NCBI RefSeq assembly: GCF_012562765.1
Contig: NZ_CP046226.1
Span: forward strand, 1 to 32,000
Source of the DNA: Candidatus Saccharimonadota bacterium
GTDB taxonomy: Bacteria; Pseudomonadota; Gammaproteobacteria; Enterobacterales; Enterobacteriaceae
DNA length: 32,000 nt
Direction: 5' to 3'
Made by a program: the position numbers and the translations under genes. The notes beneath the pieces were generated by a model that was given only the letters and a program-made list of their open reading frames with translations, did no database searches and was not told where the DNA came from. The number at the start of each line of letters is the position of its first letter. Position 1 is the first letter of the stretch. This document shows positions 1 through 13,618 of this stretch, piece by piece.

Positions 1-483
1 ATGATAAATAAAATACCTATGACTTTAAAAGGATCAGAAAAGTTAATTAAAGAATTAAATCAATTAAAAAATATAAAAAGAAATAAAATAATTCATGATA
101 TTATTGAAGCTAGAAAACATGGTGATTTAAAAGAAAATGCTGAATATCATGCTGCAAGAGAAGAACAAAGTTTTTGTGAAGGAAGAATTAAAGAAATAGA
201 ATTAAAATTATCTAATTGTCAAATAATAGATATTAGTAAAATAAAAAATAAAGGAATAGTTATTTTTGGATCTACTGTAAAAATAATTAATATTATTACT
301 AATAAAATATTATCTTATAAAATTGTTGGTGATGATGAAGCCGATTTAAAAAAAAAATTAATTTCAATTAATGCTCCTATTGCTAGAGGATTAATTGGTA
401 AAAAAAAAAATAATATTGTTTTAATAAAAACTCCTAAAGGAGAAATAACATTTAAAATACTAGAAATTCAATATGTTAAGTAA
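1..483 (+). CDS. greA: Transcription elongation factor GreA (complete, 160 aa)
   Basis: Full-length collinear match to remembered E. coli GreA ([56 protein letters not shown]). The ATG is at window position 1. Confidence 0.95.
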   Translation: MINKIPMTLKGSEKLIKELNQLKNIKRNKIIHDIIEARKHGDLKENAEYHAAREEQSFCEGRIKEIELKLSNCQIIDISKIKNKGIVIFGSTVKIINIITNKILSYKIVGDDEADLKKKLISINAPIARGLIGKKKNNIVLIKTPKGEITFKILEIQYVK

Positions 484-508
484 ATAAAAAATATTTTGAT
501 ATAAAAAA

Positions 509-537
509 TTTGACATTAAAATATATTAGAGTAATAT
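509..537 (+). promoter_or_regulatory. Candidate rRNA operon sigma70 promoter: TTGACA (509-514), 17 nt spacer, TAATAT (532-537)
   Basis: Consensus -35 hexamer with optimal 17-nt spacing to a 5/6 -10 hexamer. An A/T-rich UP-like tract lies upstream, and the site is about 110 nt upstream of 16S and upstream of boxA. Motif-level evidence only. Confidence 0.55.
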
Positions 538-559
538 AAAATTATTAAATAATTAATTT

Positions 560-596
560 TGTTCTTTAATAATTTATCAGAAAATTTATGTGGGCA
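560..596 (+). promoter_or_regulatory. rrn leader antitermination block (boxA TGTTCTTTAATAA at 560-572, followed by a boxC-like TATGTGGGCA)
   Basis: tgttctttaataatttatcagaaaatttatgtgggca aligns base-for-base with the remembered E. coli rrn leader TGCTCTTTAACAATTTATCAGACAATCTGTGTGGGCA. Most differences are G/C to A/T. Confidence 0.75.
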
Positions 597-618
597 TTCT
601 ATTTTAGAGAATGTATAT
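592..618 (+). other. 5' half of the 16S processing (RNase III-type) stem; pairs with 2213-2236
   Basis: The leader gggcattct..tagag.atgtat is complementary (with G-U wobbles and a small internal loop) to the trailer atacatac.ctcta..agagtgtcc immediately 3' of 16S. Confidence 0.6.
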
Positions 619-646
619 ATAATTTATATTAAAATTTTTTGTTTTT

Positions 647-2206
<1,560 letters not shown>

Positions 2207-2251
2207 CTTTAAGTACATACTCTATAAAGAGTGTCCTTAAAAAGTTTTTAA

Positions 2252-2297
2252 AAAAATAAAATTTATTTCAATAAATTTTATTTTTGTTCTTTAATAA
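2252..2297 (+). promoter_or_regulatory. Spacer antitermination element: perfect 16-bp A/T palindrome (2252-2285, boxB-like hairpin) abutting a second boxA TGTTCTTTAATAA (2285-2297)
   Basis: The boxA 13-mer is identical to the leader copy. aaaaataaaatttatt / aataaattttattttt are exact reverse complements around a 2-nt centre. Confidence 0.55.
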
Positions 2298-2352
2298 TTA
2301 GGATAATTTTTGTAAAATCATTTTTTAAATATAAAAATAGTTTTTACATAGA

Positions 2353-2372
2353 TAAACGATTGTGGGTTGTAA

Positions 2373-2374
<2 letters not shown>
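2353..2374 (+). other. 5' half of the 23S processing stem; pairs with 5318-5340
   Basis: taaacgattgtgggttgtaagg is nearly the exact reverse complement of ccttacaacaccagaatcgttta, which flanks the 23S 3' end. Confidence 0.7.
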
Positions 2375-5321
<2,947 letters not shown>

Positions 5322-5384
5322 ACAACACCAGAATCGTTTAAATATTATATAACTATAACTATTATTTATAACCAAATTTTTTAA

Positions 5385-5502
5385 TCCTGGTATACATAAC
5401 GCAATGGTACCACCTGAATCCATTCCGAACTCAGAAGTGAAACGTTGTAGTGCCGATGGTAGTATGAGATTTACTCATGTGAGAGTAGGAAAATACCAGG
5501 AT
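5385..5502 (+). rRNA. rrf: 5S ribosomal RNA
   Basis: Contains CCACCTGA.CCAT.CCGAACTCAGAAGTGAAACG..GTAG.GCCGATGGTAGT and terminal pairing TCCTGGTA/TACCAGGA. It aligns along the remembered E. coli 5S. Confidence 0.95.
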
Positions 5503-5534
5503 AAATTAATTAAAATTTATAAAAAAGAAAATTC

Positions 5535-6596
5535 ATGATAATTTGTAAAAATTCTTTAAAATATTTTAACACTTTTGGATTAGATGTTAATGCTTTCAAA
5601 ATTATTACAATAAAAAATATCAGTGAATTATATTATTTATGGAAAGAAAATAATCAAAAATTAATACCATATATTATATTAGGTTCTGGTAGTAATGTTC
5701 TTTTTTTAAATAACTTTAAAGGAACCGTAATAATAAATAGATTAAAAGGAATTTTAATTAATGAAACTAAAAATTATTGGAATTTACATGTTGCTGCTGG
5801 AGAAAATTGGCATCAATTAGTAAAATATACCATAAAAAAAAATATTTTTGGATTAGAAAATTTAGCATTAATTCCTGGTTGTGTTGGATCAGCTCCAATA
5901 CAAAATATTGGTGCTTATGGTGTAAGTTTAAAAAATTTTTGTAAATATGTAGAAATACTTAATTTTTCAAATAAAAAAATAATACGTTTATCATATAAAA
6001 AATGTAATTTTAAATATAGAGATAGTATTTTTAAAAATTTTTATATACGTGATTATGCAATTATAGCTTTAGGAATTACTATTTCTAAAAAATGGAAACC
6101 TAATATAAACTATAAAGATTTAAATCACTTAAATTTTAATACAGTTACACCTCATGAAATTTTTAATTATATTTGTAAAATAAGAAAAAATAAAATTCCT
6201 AATCCTAAAATATATGGTAATGCAGGAAGTTTTTTTAAAAATCCTTTAATTCCTAATAAATTAGGGTTTCAAATACTAAAAAAATTTCCAAATTTACCTT
6301 ATATTGTTAAAAACAATAATTTGTTAAAATTTTCAGCAGCAAAATTAATTGATGAATGTAATTTAAAAGGATATATGTATGGAGGTGCTATGATACATTC
6401 TAAACATTCATTAATTATTATTAATAAATTTAAAGCTACAAGTAATGATATATTAAATTTAGCAATAAAAATATATTATTGTGTAGGAAATAAATTTGGA
6501 ATTTGGTTAGAACCAGAAGTAAGATTAATAGGAACAGTAGGAGAAATTCATCCATCAATTATTTTTTATCATAAAGACTTAAAAATTAATATTTAA
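5535..6596 (+). CDS. murB: UDP-N-acetylenolpyruvoylglucosamine reductase MurB
   Basis: Collinear with E. coli MurB: NTFG.D, ILG.GSNVLF, GTVIINR.KGI, H..AGENWH.LVKYT, GLENLALIPGCVGS.PIQNIGAYG, F.YRDSIFK, GNAGSFFKNP, WLEPEVR.IG. It sits directly 3' of an rrn operon, as in E. coli (rrnB-murB). Confidence 0.93.
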   Translation: MIICKNSLKYFNTFGLDVNAFKIITIKNISELYYLWKENNQKLIPYIILGSGSNVLFLNNFKGTVIINRLKGILINETKNYWNLHVAAGENWHQLVKYTIKKNIFGLENLALIPGCVGSAPIQNIGAYGVSLKNFCKYVEILNFSNKKIIRLSYKKCNFKYRDSIFKNFYIRDYAIIALGITISKKWKPNINYKDLNHLNFNTVTPHEIFNYICKIRKNKIPNPKIYGNAGSFFKNPLIPNKLGFQILKKFPNLPYIVKNNNLLKFSAAKLIDECNLKGYMYGGAMIHSKHSLIIINKFKATSNDILNLAIKIYYCVGNKFGIWLEPEVRLIGTVGEIHPSIIFYHKDLKINI

Positions 6597-6659
6597 AATA
6601 TAAAAAATATATTCTAAATATATAAATATTCATATATAATTAAATTATTATAAATTAAT

Positions 6660-7118
6660 TTATGATAATCTTCTAATTATTAAATCTAAAGCTAAAAAAT
6701 ATCCATCTATTCCTAATCCAGATATTATTCCATTAGAAATATCAGAAAAATAAGATTTTTTTCTAAAAGATTCTCTGGCAAAAATATTAGTTATATGTAT
6801 TTCTATAAAAGGAATATTAATTGATAGTAAAGTATCACGTAATGCAATACTAGTATGTGTAAATGCTGCTGGATTAAAAATAATATAATCAATATTTTGA
6901 GTAAAATTTATTAAATAATCTATTAATAAACATTCGGAATTAGATTGAAAATGACTCAATTTAAAATTATTATTGTTAGCTTTTATTATTAATTTATTAA
7001 TTATTGTATTTAAAGATAAATATCCATATTTTTTAGGTTCTCTTTTACCTAAAAGATTTAAATTTGGTCCATTTAAAATTAAAATATTATTTTTATATTT
7101 TTTCATTATTTTTCTCAT
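6660..7118 (-). CDS. aroQ: 3-dehydroquinate dehydratase, type II (AroQ)
   Basis: Hallmark ILILNGPNLNLLGKREP..YG, NPAAFTHTSIALRD and IE.H..N...RE.FR motifs, about 150 aa. The start may be the internal Met at 7106. Confidence 0.9.
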   Translation of the reverse strand: MRKIMKKYKNNILILNGPNLNLLGKREPKKYGYLSLNTIINKLIIKANNNNFKLSHFQSNSECLLIDYLINFTQNIDYIIFNPAAFTHTSIALRDTLLSINIPFIEIHITNIFARESFRKKSYFSDISNGIISGLGIDGYFLALDLIIRRLS

Positions 7119-7236
7119 AATATACGTATTAATTATTTATAATATATCTTTATAAAAGATATCTATATTTATTTTTAAAATAAATGTATATTAATCTAAT
7201 TAATTAATTTTTTATATTTATAAAATAAAATTTTAA

Positions 7237-8301
<1,065 letters not shown>

Positions 8302-8328
8302 ATTCTATTTTATAATCTAAATTTACTT

Positions 8329-9141
8329 ATGAAATTTTTTTTTAATAAAAAAACAAAATTTAAAACAAAAATAATTAATATTATATTATTTTTAATATTT
8401 ATATCAATAATAAATTATTTTTTTAATCTAAAATATTTTATTAATATATTTACAGATCCTATAAATATATTTTTAAATAAATCTTATTCAAAATTTAATA
8501 ATCTAATTGATATTAATCATATTAATAATGACTTAAAAAAACAAAATAAATATTTATATCATCAATTATTAAAAAAAGAATATGATCTTATTCAATTAAA
8601 AAAAATAAAACATGATAATCAAAAATTAAAAGAATTATTAAATATACCTATTTTAACTAAACCTTATACAAAAAAAATATTTGCAGAAAAATTACAAATT
8701 AATTTTGATTTTTATTCAGATGAAATACTAATTAATAAAGGTAGTATACATAATATACATGAAGGTCAATTAGTAATTAATAATTTTGGACTTGTTGGAC
8801 AAGTAATTCATACAAATAAATTAACAAGTCGTGTTCGTTTAATATGCAGTAATAAAAGTTTTATATCAATACAATCAAATAATAGTAATATTAAATTTGT
8901 TATTAAAGGCAATGGTTGTAAATCTGATTTAATATCAGAAATATTACCAAAAAATATTAATATAAAAAAAGGAGATATTTTAGTAATATCTGCATTATAT
9001 AATAATATATTACAGGAATATCCTGTTGCTATTGTAACATTAACAACAAATGATTATTTAAAATCTAGAGGATTAAATTATATTAATGCAAGTCCTTTAT
9101 TTAAAATATCAGAATTAAAATATTTATTACTTATATCCTAA
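8329..9141 (+). CDS. mreC: Rod-shape-determining protein MreC (short form, lacks the Pro/Ala-rich C-terminal tail)
   Basis: Lies immediately 3' of mreB. It has an N-terminal TM segment, a coiled-coil, and core motifs Y.D..LINKGS..... EGQ.VI...GLVGQV.....LTSRV.LI, GNGC, GD.LV.S, YPVA.V and L.YLLL, matching E. coli MreC. Confidence 0.85.
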   Translation: MKFFFNKKTKFKTKIINIILFLIFISIINYFFNLKYFINIFTDPINIFLNKSYSKFNNLIDINHINNDLKKQNKYLYHQLLKKEYDLIQLKKIKHDNQKLKELLNIPILTKPYTKKIFAEKLQINFDFYSDEILINKGSIHNIHEGQLVINNFGLVGQVIHTNKLTSRVRLICSNKSFISIQSNNSNIKFVIKGNGCKSDLISEILPKNINIKKGDILVISALYNNILQEYPVAIVTLTTNDYLKSRGLNYINASPLFKISELKYLLLIS

Positions 9142-9312
9142 AACATAAGAAAACATTTTAATAAAATTAATTTTAAAATATTAATTATAATAATTAATAT
9201 TTACTTTTTTATAATAAAAATATATTATTATTAATAAAATTAAAATTTAAATTAATTTTAAAATTATATTAATTTAAATAAATATTTAATTATTTTAAAT
9301 AAAAAAGATAAT

Positions 9313-10788
9313 ATGGATGATTATAATATAGTAATTAATAAATTATTAATAGAAAATAACATTTCTCATAATTATTTATCTTGTATAATTGATAAAATTT
9401 CTTTAAATAATACTTATTTTGCTGATTTATATTTACAATTTATATCTAATGAATCTTGGTTATTAGATAATAGTATTATTAAAGATTGTTCTTATAAAAC
9501 AGAACAAGGTATAGGAATTAGAGTAATAAAAAATAATACTATTTATTTCTCTTGTACTAATGATATGACATTAAAATCTATTAATCAATGTATAAATAAT
9601 ATTTTTAATAAAAAATATAATATTAAAGAAAATCTCATAAATCAAAAAATAGATTTAAACATATTAAAACATAATCAGTATTATTACACTACAATTAATC
9701 CTATTAATAATATTACTCATGAAAAAAAGATATATTTTTTAAGATATATAGATAATACAGCACGTAAATTAGATAAAAGAGTTAAAAATATTCAAGTAAA
9801 AATTAATAATTTTTACGAATTAATATTAATATTAACTAATAAAAATAAAATATCAATAGATATTAGACCTTTAGTAAATATTAAAATAAATATTATTGTT
9901 GAAAATGATAATAAACGAGAAGTTGGTTCTAGAGTTATAGGTGGTAGGATAGATTATAATTCTATTATATCTATTGATGATAAAGATCAAAAAAAATATA
10001 TTGATAATATTATTTATGAAGCTACAATAGCTGCAATAAATAATTTAAATTCTATTGAAGCACCATCAGGACTCATTCCAGTTATATTAGGTAATGGTTC
10101 TCCTGGAGTATTATTGCATGAAGCAATAGGTCATGGATTAGAAGGAGATTTTAATTATTATAAAACTTCTATTTTTAATAATAAATTACAAAAAAAAATT
10201 GCTTCAAGTATATGTACTATAATAGATAATGGTACATTAAAAAATTCTAATGGTTCACTTAATATTGATGATGAAGGAACACATAGTCAATATAATATAT
10301 TAGTTCAAAACGGTATATTAAAAAAGTATATGTATGATAATTATTATTCTTCTCTTGTTGGAGTTAAATCTACAGGAAATGCGCGAAGAACTTCTTATGC
10401 TTTTTTACCTATTCCTAGAATGACAAATACATATTTATTAAAAGGAAAGTCAAAAGTTATAGATATAATTAATAGTGTAGAATATGGAATATATGTTCTT
10501 TCTTTAAGTGGAGGAGAAGTAGATATAACTTCAGGTAATTTTGTTTTTTCAACTACTGAAGCTTTTTTAATTAAAAAAGGTAAAATTAAACAACCTATAA
10601 AAAATACAACATTAATAGGATCTTCAGAAAATATTATGAAACAAATATCTATGATAGGTGATGATTTAAGTTTTAATAATGGGATAGGAACTTGTATAAA
10701 AAACGGTCAACCATTACCAGTAAGTGTAGGACAACCTACTTTAAAAATAGATAAAATGACTGTTGGAGGAACTAAAAAAATTTTATAA
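9313..10788 (+). CDS. tldD: Metalloprotease TldD
   Basis: About 480 aa TldD/PmbA fold with the HEAIGHGLEGD zinc motif, NIDDEGT, RR.SY...P..RMTNTYL and a GGT C-terminus. Confidence 0.9.
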   Translation: MDDYNIVINKLLIENNISHNYLSCIIDKISLNNTYFADLYLQFISNESWLLDNSIIKDCSYKTEQGIGIRVIKNNTIYFSCTNDMTLKSINQCINNIFNKKYNIKENLINQKIDLNILKHNQYYYTTINPINNITHEKKIYFLRYIDNTARKLDKRVKNIQVKINNFYELILILTNKNKISIDIRPLVNIKINIIVENDNKREVGSRVIGGRIDYNSIISIDDKDQKKYIDNIIYEATIAAINNLNSIEAPSGLIPVILGNGSPGVLLHEAIGHGLEGDFNYYKTSIFNNKLQKKIASSICTIIDNGTLKNSNGSLNIDDEGTHSQYNILVQNGILKKYMYDNYYSSLVGVKSTGNARRTSYAFLPIPRMTNTYLLKGKSKVIDIINSVEYGIYVLSLSGGEVDITSGNFVFSTTEAFLIKKGKIKQPIKNTTLIGSSENIMKQISMIGDDLSFNNGIGTCIKNGQPLPVSVGQPTLKIDKMTVGGTKKIL

Positions 10789-11076
10789 ACATATATTAGA
10801 TTTAGGTAGTCCAGCAATTTTTGATGCTTGTTGTATTGGACCTTTAGGAAATAAATTAAATATATGAGTACTATTACCTTTTAAATTACCATGTTTTTTT
10901 TTTAAACTAAGTATTAACATACGAACATTAGGTATAGTATTAAATTTTTTATATAACATACGTAATAAATATATTATTTCCCAATGATCTAATGTTAATA
11001 TAATTCCTTCTTTAAGAGCAATTTTCTCTGCTAATTTTTTATTCCAAAAAAAATTTTGAGATTTTTTATTATACAT
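10783..11076 (-). CDS. tusE: Sulfurtransferase TusE (DsrC family)
   Basis: Matches E. coli TusE/YccK: L...HWE.I...R..Y..FNT.P..RML, KGNS...F.LFPKGP..QA.KIAGLPK...C. with the conserved penultimate-region Cys. Confidence 0.85.
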   Translation of the reverse strand: MYNKKSQNFFWNKKLAEKIALKEGIILTLDHWEIIYLLRMLYKKFNTIPNVRMLILSLKKKHGNLKGNSTHIFNLFPKGPIQQASKIAGLPKSNICL

Positions 11077-11121
11077 ATATTGATTTTTTATTTATGATAT
11101 TTAATTACCTTAAATTATTTA

Positions 11122-11206
11122 AGGAGGAAGAGAGATTCGAACTCTCGAATAGTTTCCTATTTCCGGTTTTCAAGACCGGTGCCTTCAACCACTCGGCCAT
11201 TCCTCC
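11122..11206 (-). tRNA. serT: tRNA-Ser (anticodon UGA), class II with long variable arm
   Basis: The reverse complement GGAGGAATGGCCGAGTGGTTGAAGGCACCGGTCTTGAAAACCGG..GAGAGTTCGAATCTCTCTTCCTCC folds as a cloverleaf and closely matches E. coli serT. No CCA is encoded. Confidence 0.93.
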
Positions 11207-11310
11207 ATTTTATTATTTTATTATTTATAATAAAATAATAATTATTAATTATACATTTTTTTAAAGTTAAAAGTAAATATTTTTTAAAAAAATTAAATAA
11301 GTTTAAATAT

Positions 11311-12171
11311 ATGAAAATTAATCAAAAATTATTAGGAAAATTATATATAGTTCCAACACCAATAGGTAATTATAATGATATTAATCATAGATCATTAATT
11401 ATTTTAAAAAAAGTAGATTTAATTTTATCTGAAGATAAAAGAAAAACAGGAATTTTATTAAAATATTTTAATATTAAAAATAAATTATATTCATATCATG
11501 AATATAATGAAAAAAAACATTCTGAAATTATTATTAATAAAATAAAAAATGGTTATAATATAGCATTAGTATCAGATGCAGGAACTCCATTAATAAATGA
11601 TCCTGGTTATCGAATAGTAAAATTATGTCGTTTTGAAAATAATTCTATTAAAATTATACCTATACCTGGACCTTGTGCTGCTATTTTAGCATTATCTGCT
11701 TCTGGACTACCATCAAATAAATTTTGTTATGAAGGATTTTTACCAAATAAAAAAAGTAAAAGATTAAATAGATTAAATGAATTAAAATTAGAAAAAAGAA
11801 CTTTAATTATTTATGAATCTAAACATAGATTATTAAATAGTTTAAATGATATTAAAAGTATTTTTGGATCAAATAGATATTTAGTATTAGCTAGAGAAAT
11901 AACAAAAAAATGGGAATCTATTTATGGAGATACTATTGAAAAAATAATTTTATGGATAAAAAATGATAAAAATAGATTAAAAGGAGAAATAGTTTTAGTA
12001 ATTGATGGATTACATAATAATATTTATAATGAAATACCTGAAGAATCAATTAAAACTTTATTAATATTAAAAAAATATTTACCTTTGAAAAAAGCTATCC
12101 ATATTACTGCTAATATTTATAAAATAAAAAGAAACATATTATATACTTTATTTTTAAAAAATAAATATTAA
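11311..12171 (+). CDS. rsmI: 16S rRNA (cytidine1402-2'-O)-methyltransferase RsmI
   Basis: LYIVPTPIGN..DI..R.L..L..VDLI..ED.R.TG.LL, IALVSDAGTPLINDPGY, PGPCAAI.ALSASGLPS..FCYEGFLP and YES.HRL match E. coli RsmI (YraL). Confidence 0.9.
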   Translation: MKINQKLLGKLYIVPTPIGNYNDINHRSLIILKKVDLILSEDKRKTGILLKYFNIKNKLYSYHEYNEKKHSEIIINKIKNGYNIALVSDAGTPLINDPGYRIVKLCRFENNSIKIIPIPGPCAAILALSASGLPSNKFCYEGFLPNKKSKRLNRLNELKLEKRTLIIYESKHRLLNSLNDIKSIFGSNRYLVLAREITKKWESIYGDTIEKIILWIKNDKNRLKGEIVLVIDGLHNNIYNEIPEESIKTLLILKKYLPLKKAIHITANIYKIKRNILYTLFLKNKY

Positions 12172-12202
12172 TTATTATTTTATGATATTATATATAATAT
12201 TA

Positions 12203-12546
12203 TAAAGTTGATTAAACAGTCGCTTTTATTTAATATAAAAGAGGAAAGTCCGGACTCCATAGGGTAATGGTGCCAGGTAATTCCTGGGAAGTGTAAACTT
12301 ACGAAAAGTGCAACAGAAAAAATACCGCCATAAAATAGTAATGGTAAGGTTGAAAAGGTATGGTAAGAGCATACCGATATATTAGTAATAATATATGACA
12401 ATGTAAACTCCACCAGGAGCAAGGCTAAATAAGGTTTTTATTAACCCGTATTCATAAACCTGGGTAGGCTGCTTAAGATAATAAGTGATTATTATAATAG
12501 ATAAATGACTGTTCAAGACAGAATCCGGCTTATAGATCAACTTTAT
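12203..12546 (+). ncRNA. rnpB: RNase P RNA (M1 RNA, type A)
   Basis: Plus-strand GAGGAAAGTCCGGACTCCATAGGG, GTGCCAGGTAA, AGTGCAACAGA, GGTAAGAGC, GTAAACTCCACC.GGAGCAAGGC.AAATA, GGGTAGGCTGCTT and ACAGAATCCGGCTTAT. The P1 stem is aaagttgat/atcaacttt. It is collinear with E. coli rnpB. Confidence 0.92.
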
Positions 12547-12564
12547 TTATTATATTACAATTTT

Positions 12565-13434
12565 TTATTTTATATAATTAAATTCATAAGCTTGCAAAGT
12601 ATTCTGCATTAATGTTGCTACTGTCATAGGTCCTACTCCTCCTGGAACAGGTGTAATGTAAGAGGCTCTTTGAATTGCTGAATTAAAATTTATATCTCCT
12701 ATAATTTTATTATTTAATCTATTAATTCCTACGTCTATTACAATAGCACCTAATTTAATCCATTCACCTGGTATAAAATTAGGTTTTCCTATAGCAACTA
12801 TTAATAAATCAGCAGATTTTATGTAATATTTTAAATTTACAGTAAAACGATGAGTAATAGTAATAGTACAACCAGATAACAATAATTCCATACTCATAGG
12901 ACGACCAACTATATTAGATGCACCTACAATAACAGCATGTAAACCAAAAGTTTTAATATTATAATATTTTAATAATTTTATTATACCTAAAGAAGTACAT
13001 GGACGTAATAAAGGTTTTCTTTGACATAATCTTCCTATATTATATGGATGAAATCCGTCTACATCTTTATTAGGAGATATTTTTTCTAAAATTTTAGTTG
13101 AATTTAAAGTTTTAGGTAATGGTAATTGAATTAATATTCCATCTATATTATTATCATTATTTAATAAATTAATAATTTTTATTATAGTATAATTATCTAT
13201 ATTTTTAGGAAAATTATAGTCATAAGAAATAAAACCTAAATTTTTACAAATTTTACGTTTATTTTTTACATAAATTTTAGATGCTATATCATCACCAATT
13301 AAAATAAATCCTAATCCTGGTGATCTATATCCTTTTAATAAAAAATTTTTCATTTTTTTTATTATTTTAGTATATATCTTTTTAGCAACAATTTTTCCAT
13401 TAATAATTTTAGCTTGCATTTTATAAAAACTCAT
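12565..13434 (-). CDS. folD: Bifunctional methylenetetrahydrofolate dehydrogenase / methenyl-THF cyclohydrolase FolD
   Basis: Collinear with E. coli FolD: [68 protein letters not shown]. The start may be the Met at 13419. Confidence 0.95.
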   Translation of the reverse strand: MSFYKMQAKIINGKIVAKKIYTKIIKKMKNFLLKGYRSPGLGFILIGDDIASKIYVKNKRKICKNLGFISYDYNFPKNIDNYTIIKIINLLNNDNNIDGILIQLPLPKTLNSTKILEKISPNKDVDGFHPYNIGRLCQRKPLLRPCTSLGIIKLLKYYNIKTFGLHAVIVGASNIVGRPMSMELLLSGCTITITHRFTVNLKYYIKSADLLIVAIGKPNFIPGEWIKLGAIVIDVGINRLNNKIIGDINFNSAIQRASYITPVPGGVGPMTVATLMQNTLQAYEFNYIK

Positions 13435-13507
13435 TTAAATAATAAATTTATTATTAATTTTTGTAATTTATTTAAATTAATAAAATATTGTGTTAATATT
13501 AGGTTCT

Positions 13508-13581
13508 GCGCTCTTAGCTCAGTAGGATAGAGCAATAGCCTTCTAAGCTATTGGTCACAGGTTCGAATCCTGTAGAGCGCA
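13508..13581 (+). tRNA. argU: tRNA-Arg (anticodon UCU)
   Basis: GCGCTCTTAGCTCAGTAGGATAGAGCAATAGCCTTCTAAGCTATTGGTCACAGGTTCGAATCCTGTAGAGCGCA folds as a cloverleaf with anticodon loop CTTCTAA, close to E. coli argU. No CCA is encoded. folD and argU are also near each other in E. coli. Confidence 0.93.
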
Positions 13582-13618
13582 AATATTTTAAATTTTTTAT
13601 AATAAAATAAAAAAAGTC

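Noticed and set aside
6973-7155. 60-aa ORF on the plus strand
   Set aside because: It is antisense to the well-supported aroQ CDS. The product is a low-complexity I/L/F/K peptide typical of antisense A/T-rich reading frames.
7149-7161. 13-mer TTTATAAAAGATA shared between the aroQ/mreB (7149-7161) and ftsY/rsmD (30605-30617) divergent promoter regions
   Set aside because: With this base composition, a rough estimate gives hundreds of chance 13-mer matches in 32 kb. There is no flanking similarity.
9142-9312. Possible degraded mreD pseudogene in the mreC-tldD spacer
   Set aside because: The spacer is 171 nt, far shorter than mreD (about 490 nt). It contains only 5 G/C, and no frame yields anything resembling MreD. 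Any remnant is beyond recognition by eye, so no pseudogene is called.
12180-12422. 80-aa ORF on the minus strand
   Set aside because: It is antisense to RNase P RNA, whose conserved CR-I to CR-V blocks read on the plus strand. It is not a protein gene.
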